Source: Candidatus Saccharimonadales bacterium (lineage in GTDB: Bacteria > Patescibacteriota > Saccharimonadia > Saccharimonadales > 2-12-FULL-41-12). From it: DNA of 64,000 nt. Shown here piece by piece: positions 1-9,676 of the stretch. Location: positions 13,777 through 77,776 of the forward strand of contig DASUOG010000005.1 of the NCBI GenBank assembly GCA_036276755.1, given 5' to 3'. Position numbers and translations under genes: made by a program. Below the pieces are notes generated by a model that made no database searches, was not told the DNA's origin, and saw only the letters and a program-made list of their open reading frames with translations. Position 1 is the stretch's first letter; the number at the start of each line of letters is the position of its first letter.

Positions 1-275
1 ACAGCTACCGGGCTTTTGTTGAAGACAAAAACGACCAAGCTCCCGAACATCTGTCGAAAGAGTTCGTCCGCAGCTGGCTGATGCGAGAAGGTTTCTCAGG
101 CAAGAAAGGACAGGAAGTGCCCGTACTTAGCGATGAATTCATCAACGAAATATCCGAACGCTACATACAGCTTTATGAGAAAATGACGGGTAAGGATTTT
201 GTAAAGCAAGCACAAACCGATATTGTTAAGAGGATAAACGATAATGTTAACAAAGCTATCGAGGAATTGAACTGA
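1..275 (+). CDS. purC: SAICAR synthetase (PurC), C-terminal fragment; gene starts upstream of window
   Basis: Frame is open from nt 3 to stop at 273-275. C-terminal motifs KEFVRSWL and SERYIQLYEKMTGKDF resemble the PurC C-terminus. purB starts 2 nt later. Confidence 0.6.
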   Translation, partial: SYRAFVEDKNDQAPEHLSKEFVRSWLMREGFSGKKGQEVPVLSDEFINEISERYIQLYEKMTGKDFVKQAQTDIVKRINDNVNKAIEELN

Positions 276-276
276 T

Positions 277-1674
277 ATGTTGAAGCGATTCGAGTTACCT
301 GAAGCAAACCATCCCGGTTACGGCACAATCGACCCCTTGGACAACCGTTATTTCGATGCCGCAGTTGCTAAATATTTATCGGAACAATCGCGGGTAATCT
401 ATCAGGCTTATATGGAAAGCGCGCTGGCGCACACTCTGGCGGAATTCGGTATTTGTACCCAGGAAATCGCTGAAGAGATCGAAGCGGCAGCCCGAAAAAT
501 GGATATAGACAAAGTTTATCAGGAAGAAAAAATTACCAGACACGACATCAAGGCCTTGGTGAACACCATCAAAGCTGAGATTTCGGACAAGTCGAAACCG
601 TATGTGCATTTCGGCGCTACATCATATGACATCATTGCTAATTCCCAGGTACTTCAACTGCGGGATGTTACTGACGACGTGGTTCTTCCCCGTTTGCGGG
701 AATTAATAAAGACGCTAGCCGATCTGGCTGAGAAATATGCCGATACGCCGCAGATCGGCCGGACGCACGGTCAGCATGGCGTGCCTATAACTTTCGGCTT
801 CGCTGTCGCCGAATATGTATACCGTTTGAGCGGAACTTATGCTGCCTTAGATGACCTTTCCTCGGCACTACGGGGTAAATTTTCCGGGGCGGTCGGCGCT
901 TACAACGCACTTGATGTTTTTGTCGATGAGCCTCTACGCTTTGAAGAGTCGGTGCTTGCAAAAGCAGGCCTGAAACCGGCCGGTTATTCTACGCAGATCG
1001 CTCCGCCGGAGCAAATTATCAGGCTGGTTGATGAATACGCTATTTTAGCCGGAATCATGGCTAATCTGGGCCATGATATGCGAGCGTTACAACGGAGCGA
1101 AATCGCGGAAATAAGAGAGAAGTTTAGCGAAGGACAAGCCGGTTCCTCAACCATGGCGCACAAACGCAACCCGTGGAATTTTGAGAATGTTGTAAGCATG
1201 CATAAGCAAGTCCTATCGCAAATGGTCAATGCCAACTTGAACATAGCCAGTGAACATCAACGCGACCTGACCGATTCCGCCTCTTCAAGATTTTATGTGC
1301 TGGTACCGGCGATAACTGCCAGTATGATCACGCGTTTGCAAAAGGTCATGGGTAATATTGAAGTCGACGATCAGGCCATGCGACGTAACCTTGACCAAAG
1401 CAAAGGAGCGATAGCCGCTGAGCCGCTTTATCTGCTGCTTGAGAAGTACGGACATGTCTCGGCGCATGAAGTAGCTAAGAAACTGTCTCAGCAGAGCCTA
1501 AAGACCGGTACATCATTATATGACATCGTTTCCAATGATTCTGAAATAGCCGGATTCTGGGAGAAATTCACAGCAGATGAAAAAGCATTGATAAAGGACC
1601 CAGCAAAAAATTATCTCGGTCTGGCTGCTGAAAAAACCCGGCGGATAATCAGAGACACCCCAGTCATAAATTGA
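277..1674 (+). CDS. purB: adenylosuccinate lyase
   Basis: 465 aa. Fumarate-lyase family signature GSSTMAHKRNP and GRTHGQHGVPITFG. Confidence 0.9.
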   Translation: MLKRFELPEANHPGYGTIDPLDNRYFDAAVAKYLSEQSRVIYQAYMESALAHTLAEFGICTQEIAEEIEAAARKMDIDKVYQEEKITRHDIKALVNTIKAEISDKSKPYVHFGATSYDIIANSQVLQLRDVTDDVVLPRLRELIKTLADLAEKYADTPQIGRTHGQHGVPITFGFAVAEYVYRLSGTYAALDDLSSALRGKFSGAVGAYNALDVFVDEPLRFEESVLAKAGLKPAGYSTQIAPPEQIIRLVDEYAILAGIMANLGHDMRALQRSEIAEIREKFSEGQAGSSTMAHKRNPWNFENVVSMHKQVLSQMVNANLNIASEHQRDLTDSASSRFYVLVPAITASMITRLQKVMGNIEVDDQAMRRNLDQSKGAIAAEPLYLLLEKYGHVSAHEVAKKLSQQSLKTGTSLYDIVSNDSEIAGFWEKFTADEKALIKDPAKNYLGLAAEKTRRIIRDTPVIN

Positions 1675-1705
1675 CAATAAGCATAAAAACTTATACAATA
1701 TTCAC

Positions 1706-2476
1706 ATGACTTCAAGAGAGTTCGAGGACAGGGTTTTCGGCGTTGTCGATAATGTTAGAAAACTGGCTACAGACGTGTGGAGTAATATCTTGCATCCGCA
1801 CGACGAGTCTTTTCTGGAAGTGGGGATTGATGAGCCGAAAGAATTCACCGTATCGTTAGAAGAAGGTGGAAACAGCCGATTTTTACCGGCCTTAGCTATA
1901 GCCGCGGCCGCAGTTAACTCAGATCCGAACGTTGAGCCAGCCGATGCCTTCGAACAATTCAAGACGACCTTAGAAGAGCGAGGCCGGCCTTTGTCGCGAA
2001 GCGATAAACCGCTCTCGACCAGCAATACTATAGATGCGATTTACGATCAAGAAGGCACTCCGGAATATTTGGAAGGGGTCTACATCGATTCACGTCGCAA
2101 CCGAAACCGCGATCTGGCCCGCGTTGAAAGGGAGCTGACGATTCCGCTATCTCGCGAAAAGTCGGTGTTGCTTATGCCCTTTGACCGCAAGCGGGTGTTT
2201 AAAACCCCCAGCGACTTGCCGGAAGAAGTAATAAGGACTCCCATCTGGGGCGTAGTATTCGGAGCTTATATGCCGACTGACGAGATGCAGATTGCAACGC
2301 GGCCTATGTCCACTATGTACAGGGTGGCTTTTCCAGTCCCTCTAGGCGAAGAAGGACGGGAAGAAGTCAGGCCATTAGAATTACCGGCTATTATTATTTC
2401 TAATACGCTTTCGAATGAAGAAGTTATGCGGGGCCATGAAAACATGACCCATATTGTCTACAATCAGAGAGACTAG
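1706..2476 (+). CDS. hypothetical protein
   Basis: 256-aa ORF with no recognisable motif. Its 3' end overlaps the carB 3' end by 4 nt (convergent). Confidence 0.35.
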   Translation: MTSREFEDRVFGVVDNVRKLATDVWSNILHPHDESFLEVGIDEPKEFTVSLEEGGNSRFLPALAIAAAAVNSDPNVEPADAFEQFKTTLEERGRPLSRSDKPLSTSNTIDAIYDQEGTPEYLEGVYIDSRRNRNRDLARVERELTIPLSREKSVLLMPFDRKRVFKTPSDLPEEVIRTPIWGVVFGAYMPTDEMQIATRPMSTMYRVAFPVPLGEEGREEVRPLELPAIIISNTLSNEEVMRGHENMTHIVYNQRD

Positions 2477-5400
2477 CTATACTCATCCCAGGATTTGACG
2501 GCGATATGTTGCAGTTTTTTCTGGCCAAGGCATCTTAGGAGCAGCCTGGCCGTCTCGGCATTGGTCATCAGCGGGATATGATGGTCTATCGTCAACCGGC
2601 GTATCTCATAAGCATCCTGTGCCCTTTCATCAGCATGGTATGGAACACATACCACAAGATCCAACTTGCGTTTAGCGATATATTCGGCCAGCGAATGTGT
2701 TTTATGTTCTTTGATTTTGCTCAGTTGCTTGGATGGTATGCCGTGGTCGCGCAGGAATTTGTGCGTACCGGGGGTGGCGAAAAGTTTATAGCCTTGCTGA
2801 TGCAGTTCGGACAGCTCGTCGATGAATTTGAATTTCTGCTCATCCGGCAGACTGATACAGATATTTTTGCCGGTGATTTCCTGGTCAGTAGCCAGCCAGG
2901 ATTTATAAAATGCTTCGGTGAGGTTATTGCCGAAGCAGGCTACTTCACCGGTGGAAGCCATCTCCACGGTCGCTACGGGATCGGCCCCCTTAAGCCTATT
3001 GTATGAAAATTGCGGACTTTTTACCGCTACGTAATCTAAATCAAGCGTGTTATAGGTTGCTGATTCATCCAGTTCGTCTAAGATGGCCTCTGTTGCCAGC
3101 TGGATAAAATTATGTTTGGTAACTTTGGAAACGAACGGGAAACTGCGAGAGGCCCGCACGTTGCACTCGATGACCTTAATCTGGTTCTTCTTGGCTAGAA
3201 ATTGGATATTAAAGGGTCCGGTGATGTTCAACGCCTTGATGATCTTGGCCGTTATGCGGTTGGTCCTACGGATGGTTTCCAGATATAGATACTGAGCCGG
3301 CAGGGCCACCGTCGCATCACCGGAATGAACTCCGGCGTTTTCGATATGTTCGCTGATCGCATAGACCACTAGCTTGCCGTCCTTGGCGACCCCGTCGATC
3401 TCAATCTCTTTGGCGTGGGTGATGAAATCGGATATCACCACCGGATGTTCAGGCGATAAATCGGCGGCTTTTTGTAGGTAATGTTTCATTTCCTTATCCG
3501 AGTAGACGATGCTCATCGCTCCGCCCGAGAGTACATAAGACGGCCGGATAAGTACCGGATACTCTACCCTCTGGGCAAACTGTTTGGCTTTTTGCAGAGT
3601 CGTCACTTCCTGCCACTCGGGCTGGTCGATGCCGAGCTCTTGCAGCATGCTTGAGAACAACTGCCGGTTTTCGGCGTTGTTGATATCTTTCGGATCCGTG
3701 CCTAATACCTTGAAGCCGCCCCCAGACAGCCTCGGCGCCAGATTGTTGGCTATCTGGCCGCCTACGGAAACCACTATCGGCCGGTTTTTTTCAAATTCGG
3801 CGATGTCGGCTACCCGTTCATACGTTAGTTCGTCAAAATAAAGCCGGTCCGATATGTCGAAGTCCGTTGATACCGTTTCCGGATTTGAATTGATGATTAT
3901 CGTGCCATAAGCGTGTTTCTTGAGTGTTCTTACGGTATTTACGGCACACCAGTCGAATTCCACAGAGGAGCCGATGGAATAAGGCCCGGAACCGAGTGTT
4001 ATGATGCTGTTTTCAAGCGGTTCTACATCATCAAATGTGCCGTTATAGGTGAGGTAAAGATAATTCGTCTCGGCTGAAAATTCACCGGCCAGAGTGTCGA
4101 TGAGTTTGACCGAAGGGCGTATACCGTAACGTTTCCTTAATGCCCTGACCTTATTCTCCTCAGAACCGACAAGCTGTCCTATCGTTTTATCAGAAAAACC
4201 TTGCCTCTTAGCCTTAGTGAGCAGTTCCTTACCGATCAGGCTTGCCTGTTTAAGCTCGGTTTCGGATTTATAAACTTGATAAACCTGACTTAAGAACCAG
4301 TTGTCAATGTTGCTTAAACGATTAACGTCAGCGACGGTCTTCCCTTGCTTAAAAGCATGGTAGATAGCGAATATCCTGCGGTAAGTAGGGTTTTTTATCT
4401 CGTCCGTGTAATTCCGCGCGAACTCATGGGGCGTCATACTCAGTCCGTCGCAGCCGGTGTTCTGCATGCGGATGGCTTTTTGCAAGGCTTCCGGGAATGA
4501 GCGTGCCAGAGCCATCACCTCGCCGACGCTTTTCATTTCCGAACCGATCCGGAAGTCGGAATTCTTCAGCTTGGTCAAATCCCACCGGGGCATCTTGACC
4601 GCTATATAATCAAGCGCCGGCTCGAAGAATGCCGAAGTCTGACCGGTTACCAGGTTTCTGAGTTCATGAAGTTTCCTGCCTAATATAAGTTTGGTAGCGA
4701 CATACGCCAGAGGATAGCCGGTAGCCTTGGAAGCTAAGGCGCTGGAGCGGCTAAGCCGGGCATTCACTTCTATCACCCGGTATTCTCCCGTTTTTGAATC
4801 CAGCGCGTATTGGATGTTGCATTCACCGACTATCTTAAGATGTCTGATGGTCTTGATCGCTATTTCCCGCAGCATATGATACTCATGGTTGGTCAGGGTC
4901 TGGGATGGCGCTACTACAATGCTTTCACCGGTATGTACGCCCATCGGGTCGAGGTTCTCCATGTTACAGACCGTGACGCTGTTGCCGCCACTGTCTCGCA
5001 CGACTTCGTACTCTATTTCTTTCCAACCCTCCAGATATTCTTCAATCAATACCTGGTTGACCTTATGGAATGCTTCATTGCATCTTTGTTTGAGTTCCTT
5101 CTCGTTGTTGACCTTGCCCGAACCCAAGCCCCCTAGGCTGAAACCGGAGCGCATCATCACCGGATAACCTATGGCCCTGGCTGCCTTGACGGCTTCCCGA
5201 GTCGAGTACGTAGCCTTGCTGAGAGGTGTTTTGACACCGATCTTATCAAGCTCTTTTTTAAACAGGTCGCGGTCCTCGGTGATTTGTATAGACTTTATGG
5301 AAGTACCTAAGGGTCTGACCTTGTATCGGCGCAGAACGCCCCTTTCATGGAGCTGCAGGCCAAGGTTCAAAGCCGTCTGCCCGCCGAAGCTGAGAAGTAT

Positions 5401-5637
5401 ACCGTCCGGCTTTTCTTTTTTGATTATCGCTTCGGCATATTCAGGACTGAGCGGCAGGAAGTACACTTTGTCGGCCATCTCGGAGTCTGTCTGCACCGTC
5501 GCGATGTTCGGGTTGATCAGGACGGTCTTTATGCCCTCTTCTTTGAGGGCCTTTATAGCCTGTGACCCAGAGTAGTCGAACTCGCCGGCCTGGCCGATCT
5601 TCAATCCGCCACTGCCTAAAATTAATACCTTTTTCAT
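2473..5637 (-). CDS. carB: carbamoyl-phosphate synthase large subunit
   Basis: 1054 aa. N-terminus MKKVLILGSGGLKIGQAGEFDYSG; duplicated ATP-grasp halves typical of CarB. Confidence 0.95.
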   Translation of the reverse strand: MKKVLILGSGGLKIGQAGEFDYSGSQAIKALKEEGIKTVLINPNIATVQTDSEMADKVYFLPLSPEYAEAIIKKEKPDGILLSFGGQTALNLGLQLHERGVLRRYKVRPLGTSIKSIQITEDRDLFKKELDKIGVKTPLSKATYSTREAVKAARAIGYPVMMRSGFSLGGLGSGKVNNEKELKQRCNEAFHKVNQVLIEEYLEGWKEIEYEVVRDSGGNSVTVCNMENLDPMGVHTGESIVVAPSQTLTNHEYHMLREIAIKTIRHLKIVGECNIQYALDSKTGEYRVIEVNARLSRSSALASKATGYPLAYVATKLILGRKLHELRNLVTGQTSAFFEPALDYIAVKMPRWDLTKLKNSDFRIGSEMKSVGEVMALARSFPEALQKAIRMQNTGCDGLSMTPHEFARNYTDEIKNPTYRRIFAIYHAFKQGKTVADVNRLSNIDNWFLSQVYQVYKSETELKQASLIGKELLTKAKRQGFSDKTIGQLVGSEENKVRALRKRYGIRPSVKLIDTLAGEFSAETNYLYLTYNGTFDDVEPLENSIITLGSGPYSIGSSVEFDWCAVNTVRTLKKHAYGTIIINSNPETVSTDFDISDRLYFDELTYERVADIAEFEKNRPIVVSVGGQIANNLAPRLSGGGFKVLGTDPKDINNAENRQLFSSMLQELGIDQPEWQEVTTLQKAKQFAQRVEYPVLIRPSYVLSGGAMSIVYSDKEMKHYLQKAADLSPEHPVVISDFITHAKEIEIDGVAKDGKLVVYAISEHIENAGVHSGDATVALPAQYLYLETIRRTNRITAKIIKALNITGPFNIQFLAKKNQIKVIECNVRASRSFPFVSKVTKHNFIQLATEAILDELDESATYNTLDLDYVAVKSPQFSYNRLKGADPVATVEMASTGEVACFGNNLTEAFYKSWLATDQEITGKNICISLPDEQKFKFIDELSELHQQGYKLFATPGTHKFLRDHGIPSKQLSKIKEHKTHSLAEYIAKRKLDLVVCVPYHADERAQDAYEIRRLTIDHHIPLMTNAETARLLLRCLGQKKLQHIAVKSWDEYS

Positions 5638-5758
5638 TTTGCGGCTACCCTATTATAATTTTCGGGTTCTTCCCCTTTGCAATCCTCCCACGAACTTCCA
5701 CGGTAGTCATTCATTGGTCCTTTCCGAAGAGCTGGCCGAAAATGTAAAAGCTTTCTGG

Positions 5759-6895
5759 TCATAGCATCTCCACAAATTTATCGAACAACCATGCCGTATC
5801 GGTCGGTCCCGGTGCCGCCTCCGGATGGAATTGGACGGAGAAAAATGGTTTGGATTTATGCATTATGCCCTCGACCGAACCGTCGTTTAAGTTACTGAAA
5901 TACACCCGCCATTCCTTGGGCAGAGAGCGTTCATCTACCGCGTAGCCGTGATTCTGACTGGTTACGTAGCATTTCCCGCTTTCGTTATCGATGCAAGGCT
6001 GGTTATGGCCGCGGTGGCCGAATTTCAATTTATAGGTCCAAGCGCCGGCCGCCAGCGACATAAGCTGGCTGCCCAAGCAAATACCCATGACCGGCTTATT
6101 GTTTTTGAAAAGTTTTTTTATGTTCTTGATGGATTGTTTATAATCGGCCGGATCGCCCGGTCCGTTCGACAAGAACACACCGTCATAATCATCGGTAGAG
6201 AAATCATAATCATAAGGGACGCGCAAGACGTTCAGCTTTCTCGAAGTCAGCGACCTAACTATATTCTCTTTGGCTCCGCAATCCAGTAACATTATGGTTT
6301 TGCCAGCGCCGGGGATCTTATACAGTTTTGGCCGGCCGATTGACACTAAGGGCTTTTTCGGTTTGAAATCCCTGATCGGCTTTTTCGAAGATGTGATTAC
6401 TCCGTTGACCACACCCCTACTGCGCAGATGCCCGGTCAGGGCCCGGGTGTCCACATCAAAGATTACCGGCACCCTCTGGTCTTTGAGCCATTCCAGGAAC
6501 GATCCCTGGGATCGCGGATGGCTCCAGTCTTCAACCAGTTCTGCCAGGACGACTCCGCGAGCATGTATCTTTTCCGACTCCCAGGCTTCTTCATGTACGC
6601 CGTAGTTGCCGATCAAAGGATAGGTGAAAGTAAGTATTTGCTCGCAGTATGAAGGATCCGTCAACGATTCAACGTAACCGGTCATACCGGTGTTGAATAC
6701 TACTTCGCCCGGTTTTGAATCGGTTTGCCATACAGGTACGCGGCCGTGGAACCTGGATCCGTCTTCCAGCATTAGCTGGGCGGGCTTCGATTTAAAAAAA
6801 TCGCCCCCGGGGCGACTTATTATTTTACCGCTAGCTTTTTTGATTGTTTGGCTCACACTCCGATATACACTATCAAGCAAACCCTTCCTGCGCAA
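5759..6895 (-). CDS. carA: carbamoyl-phosphate synthase small subunit (glutamine amidotransferase)
   Basis: 378 aa. Class I glutamine amidotransferase motif GICLGSQ (catalytic Cys) and FHPEA (catalytic His/Glu) in the C-terminal half. Adjacent to carB. Confidence 0.9.
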   Translation of the reverse strand: MRRKGLLDSVYRSVSQTIKKASGKIISRPGGDFFKSKPAQLMLEDGSRFHGRVPVWQTDSKPGEVVFNTGMTGYVESLTDPSYCEQILTFTYPLIGNYGVHEEAWESEKIHARGVVLAELVEDWSHPRSQGSFLEWLKDQRVPVIFDVDTRALTGHLRSRGVVNGVITSSKKPIRDFKPKKPLVSIGRPKLYKIPGAGKTIMLLDCGAKENIVRSLTSRKLNVLRVPYDYDFSTDDYDGVFLSNGPGDPADYKQSIKNIKKLFKNNKPVMGICLGSQLMSLAAGAWTYKLKFGHRGHNQPCIDNESGKCYVTSQNHGYAVDERSLPKEWRVYFSNLNDGSVEGIMHKSKPFFSVQFHPEAAPGPTDTAWLFDKFVEML

Positions 6896-6898
6896 GTA

Positions 6899-7453
6899 CT
6901 ATTCGCGCGACTTTAAAAGCTTGGCAAGCAAACCGGCTATAAACAACATACTCAAGGAGTAAAAACCGACTTCGCCGTACAGCTCGACTTTATAACCTTC
7001 GTTAAAATTCAATATGAAATAACTGATCGCGCTCAACGAGTAAGCGGCTATGCAAAGTATTGCCGTAGCATACAGGGCGCTGCGGCTAAGCAACAGTCCG
7101 GAAACTATAATCGGTATGATGAACAAAAAGACCGCCCGGCTTGCCATGCCTCGCTGGGTATAAACGCTGAATGAGGCCAAAGCCACATCGGCTAAAATCA
7201 TCAACAATAATAACAATTTATGCATCAGAGCATGCCTTGATCTTGAGTGAGCCAAATACCATATGACACTGTTTACGACCAGCAGTGCCGAGATGACCAC
7301 CCATCGGTATAAGACATAATCCGGGGTAATCAATTGCGATGTGTCATAAAGTATTGTCTGAACGATCAATAATATTATGAACAAGAAATGCAGCTGGCTA
7401 AATACAATCAGCCCTTTTCGCAAATTAACCGGTGATTGTTTATTTTTAGACAT
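6899..7453 (-). CDS. hypothetical polytopic membrane protein
   Basis: 184 aa with about five hydrophobic helices. Same strand and close spacing with the next two genes. Confidence 0.5.
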   Translation of the reverse strand: MSKNKQSPVNLRKGLIVFSQLHFLFIILLIVQTILYDTSQLITPDYVLYRWVVISALLVVNSVIWYLAHSRSRHALMHKLLLLLMILADVALASFSVYTQRGMASRAVFLFIIPIIVSGLLLSRSALYATAILCIAAYSLSAISYFILNFNEGYKVELYGEVGFYSLSMLFIAGLLAKLLKSRE

Positions 7454-7504
7454 AAGAATAACTAAGCAAAAGCATTATACAATAGCCCGTTTAATACTGC
7501 TATG

Positions 7505-7900
7505 TCAGTCCATGAGCCTTGACAGCAACGTCAAGATAATCGTGACGACAACGCTTATTCTCAAAGAACCGTTGATCAGACGTTTGGCACACGCCCGGTC
7601 AAGCCGACGCTTATCGCGGCTTATCACATCCTGGGTCTGCCCAACCTCGCCGGACATGTTATATTTACCGGCCTTTGCATAGCCGGTAGCGAATTTATGC
7701 CTGGCTTCATTTAACCCATGTATCGATATGAATACCGGTACCAGCATACTTAAATAAAGCAGGATAGGCACGTTGAAGAAAACCAGCATTATATAAAGCG
7801 CTGTCCCTACGGCCGCTGATCCGTAACCTACTACCTTTCGCCGATAATTTATCTCTTCCTTACCGATATTAACTGAACCGGCTTTATACTGAGATGCCAT
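7505..7900 (-). CDS. hypothetical small membrane protein
   Basis: 131 aa with two or three predicted transmembrane helices. Confidence 0.45.
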   Translation of the reverse strand: MASQYKAGSVNIGKEEINYRRKVVGYGSAAVGTALYIMLVFFNVPILLYLSMLVPVFISIHGLNEARHKFATGYAKAGKYNMSGEVGQTQDVISRDKRRLDRACAKRLINGSLRISVVVTIILTLLSRLMD

Positions 7901-7915
7901 GCCCCCGGACCGCTT

Positions 7916-8485
7916 TTATTTTTTATCTTGACTGCCTTTTAAGGCGGCTTCGACCACATCTCTTGGCAATGATGCAGCTGATAACAAGGCATTGCGAACG
8001 GTGTCCGCGGTGTCTCCACCTACCGAACTGGCCGCCGAAACCACACCACCGACAGCCGCTTTTGCGGCTTCTGAGGTATCCGCGCCGACTTCGCCGGCTG
8101 CCTTGATGGCTCCCTGTACCGCCGACACGGCTGCCGCTCCTACATCCCCGCCTGTTTCGGCAGTGGCGCTTATCGTACCTTCGGCTGCCCCTCTTATACC
8201 TTCAATCACATCCCCGCCGACTTGGCTGACACCATTTACGACGCTGCTCATAGTATTAAAAGCCGTATCTGACAATGAAACACCGACCTTGCCCGCGCCC
8301 TTAATGGCTCCGTCGGCGACCGATGCGATAGCCTCCACAGTGCTGCCACCGACATCCCCGGAAGATTGTATGACATTGATTACCTGGTCCTTTACGGTTG
8401 TCGTAACGGCATCGAGCACGTTGTCCACACCTTCTACCGCGGCAACGACCGCATCAGTAGTTTCGTTTATTATTTTTGCCAACAT
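7916..8485 (-). CDS. Ala/Gly/Val-rich tandem-repeat protein of unknown function
   Basis: 189 aa with no signal peptide. At least four degenerate ~22-aa repeats of the form GGD-V-x-A-x-x-GAIKAAG-x-VG. GC-rich coding region whose antisense frames are also open. Confidence 0.55.
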   Translation of the reverse strand: MLAKIINETTDAVVAAVEGVDNVLDAVTTTVKDQVINVIQSSGDVGGSTVEAIASVADGAIKGAGKVGVSLSDTAFNTMSSVVNGVSQVGGDVIEGIRGAAEGTISATAETGGDVGAAAVSAVQGAIKAAGEVGADTSEAAKAAVGGVVSAASSVGGDTADTVRNALLSAASLPRDVVEAALKGSQDKK

Positions 8486-8767
8486 ATCAACTCCTTATTA
8501 TGTTAATGCTAAACATAAACACAATAACATAATCGGTAGTTTTTTTACCGTTATCTGCGCAATTTAGTATATACTTTGTAAGTTATTTAGCTGCTCGCCT
8601 GAACAAAAGTCAGTTAGAATAAATAGTCTGACAACAGGCCTATTGTTGGTTTACAGACAAATTAAGAAGTTTATTATTGCAATACACTTGCTAATAATTT
8701 CTTTTAATGGTAAAATAAGTCAAATTAAAATTTGTTAGGAAATTTTCAAGGTTAGGAGAACACTTAT

Positions 8768-9670
8768 ATGAAGATAACGGTGGTTGGCGCGGGGTTTGTC
8801 GGAGAGGCCACAGGTAAAGGGCTGTCCAAACATAAGAATGAAATCGTATTCATCGATGTGGATGAAGAAATCATCAAGTCACATCGTAAGAGCGGTTTCG
8901 CGGCTTATACCCCGGAAAATTACAATAAAATTGAAAGCGACATAACGATGTTTTGCGTGCCTACTCCTACGAATGGGGGGGGTATACAGCTTGATTACCT
9001 TAAGCACGCAGTTACTGATTTTGCTAAACGCTTGGCCCGGCACGATAAATATCATGTGGGAGTTATCCGTTCAACCGTTCCTCCCGGTACTACCCGCGAC
9101 ATCGTCCTGCCTCTTATAGAAAAGTATTCGAAGAAAAAAGCCGGCAAGGATTTCGGCTTGGTCATGCAGCCGGAATACCTAAGGGAAGCGACTGCTACCG
9201 AAGATTTTGAAAGACCCTGGTTTATTCTGATCGGAGAGCTGGATAAAAAAAGCGGTGATGTGATCGAAAGGATTTATAAGCCGTTTGACGCCCCGATCGA
9301 AAGAAGCAGTTTAGAAGAAGCTGAGATGCAGAAATATATCCATAACGTATTCAATGCAGTTAAAATAGCTTTCTTCAATGAGATGCGCATCGCGATCAAT
9401 AAGAAAGGCTGGGATCAAGAAAAGATTTTTCTGGCGACGGCGGAAAGTTGTGAAGGTATTTGGAATCCCCTTTACGGGCTCAGGGATTTCGGACCTTTTG
9501 ACGGTTCCTGCCTGCCGAAGGATTGCCGGGCTCTTTTGGAATGGGCCGAGGCCAACGGGTTTGATTTCGGTATCGTAAAATCCGTCATAAAACAAAACCT
9601 ATACCACGAAAAAATCATGGGGCTCAATAAAAAGGTCAGGGTTAATTATTTAGCTAACATTCATGTTTAG
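8768..9670 (+). CDS. nucleotide-sugar 6-dehydrogenase (UDP-glucose/GDP-mannose dehydrogenase family), short form
   Basis: N-terminal Rossmann motif ITVVGAGFVGE. Catalytic-cysteine motif FDGSCLPKD (family consensus GGxCxPKD). Only 300 aa, so the C-terminal nucleotide-sugar-binding domain appears absent. RBS AGGAG lies upstream. Confidence 0.75.
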   Translation: MKITVVGAGFVGEATGKGLSKHKNEIVFIDVDEEIIKSHRKSGFAAYTPENYNKIESDITMFCVPTPTNGGGIQLDYLKHAVTDFAKRLARHDKYHVGVIRSTVPPGTTRDIVLPLIEKYSKKKAGKDFGLVMQPEYLREATATEDFERPWFILIGELDKKSGDVIERIYKPFDAPIERSSLEEAEMQKYIHNVFNAVKIAFFNEMRIAINKKGWDQEKIFLATAESCEGIWNPLYGLRDFGPFDGSCLPKDCRALLEWAEANGFDFGIVKSVIKQNLYHEKIMGLNKKVRVNYLANIHV

Positions 9671-9676
9671 ACGGTC

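Noticed and set aside
2578-5575. Multiple 70–140-aa + strand ORFs inside carB
   Set aside because: They are antisense to a 1054-aa gene with unambiguous CarB homology and are compositional artefacts.
5759-6895. CarA active-site motif reads GICLGSQ instead of the usual GICLGHQ
   Set aside because: The catalytic Cys and the separate His/Glu of the triad (FHPEA) are intact. The His→Ser change follows the Cys and is not a triad residue, so there is no basis for calling a pseudogene.
7992-8567. 191-aa Pro/Thr/Ala-rich ORF on the + strand, and the 70-aa ORF at 7894–8106
   Set aside because: They lie antisense to the GC-rich tandem-repeat gene (7916–8485, −). Open antisense frames are expected from the Ala/Gly codon bias. 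They have no RBS or start context, and the minus-strand gene has a sensible start and operon context.
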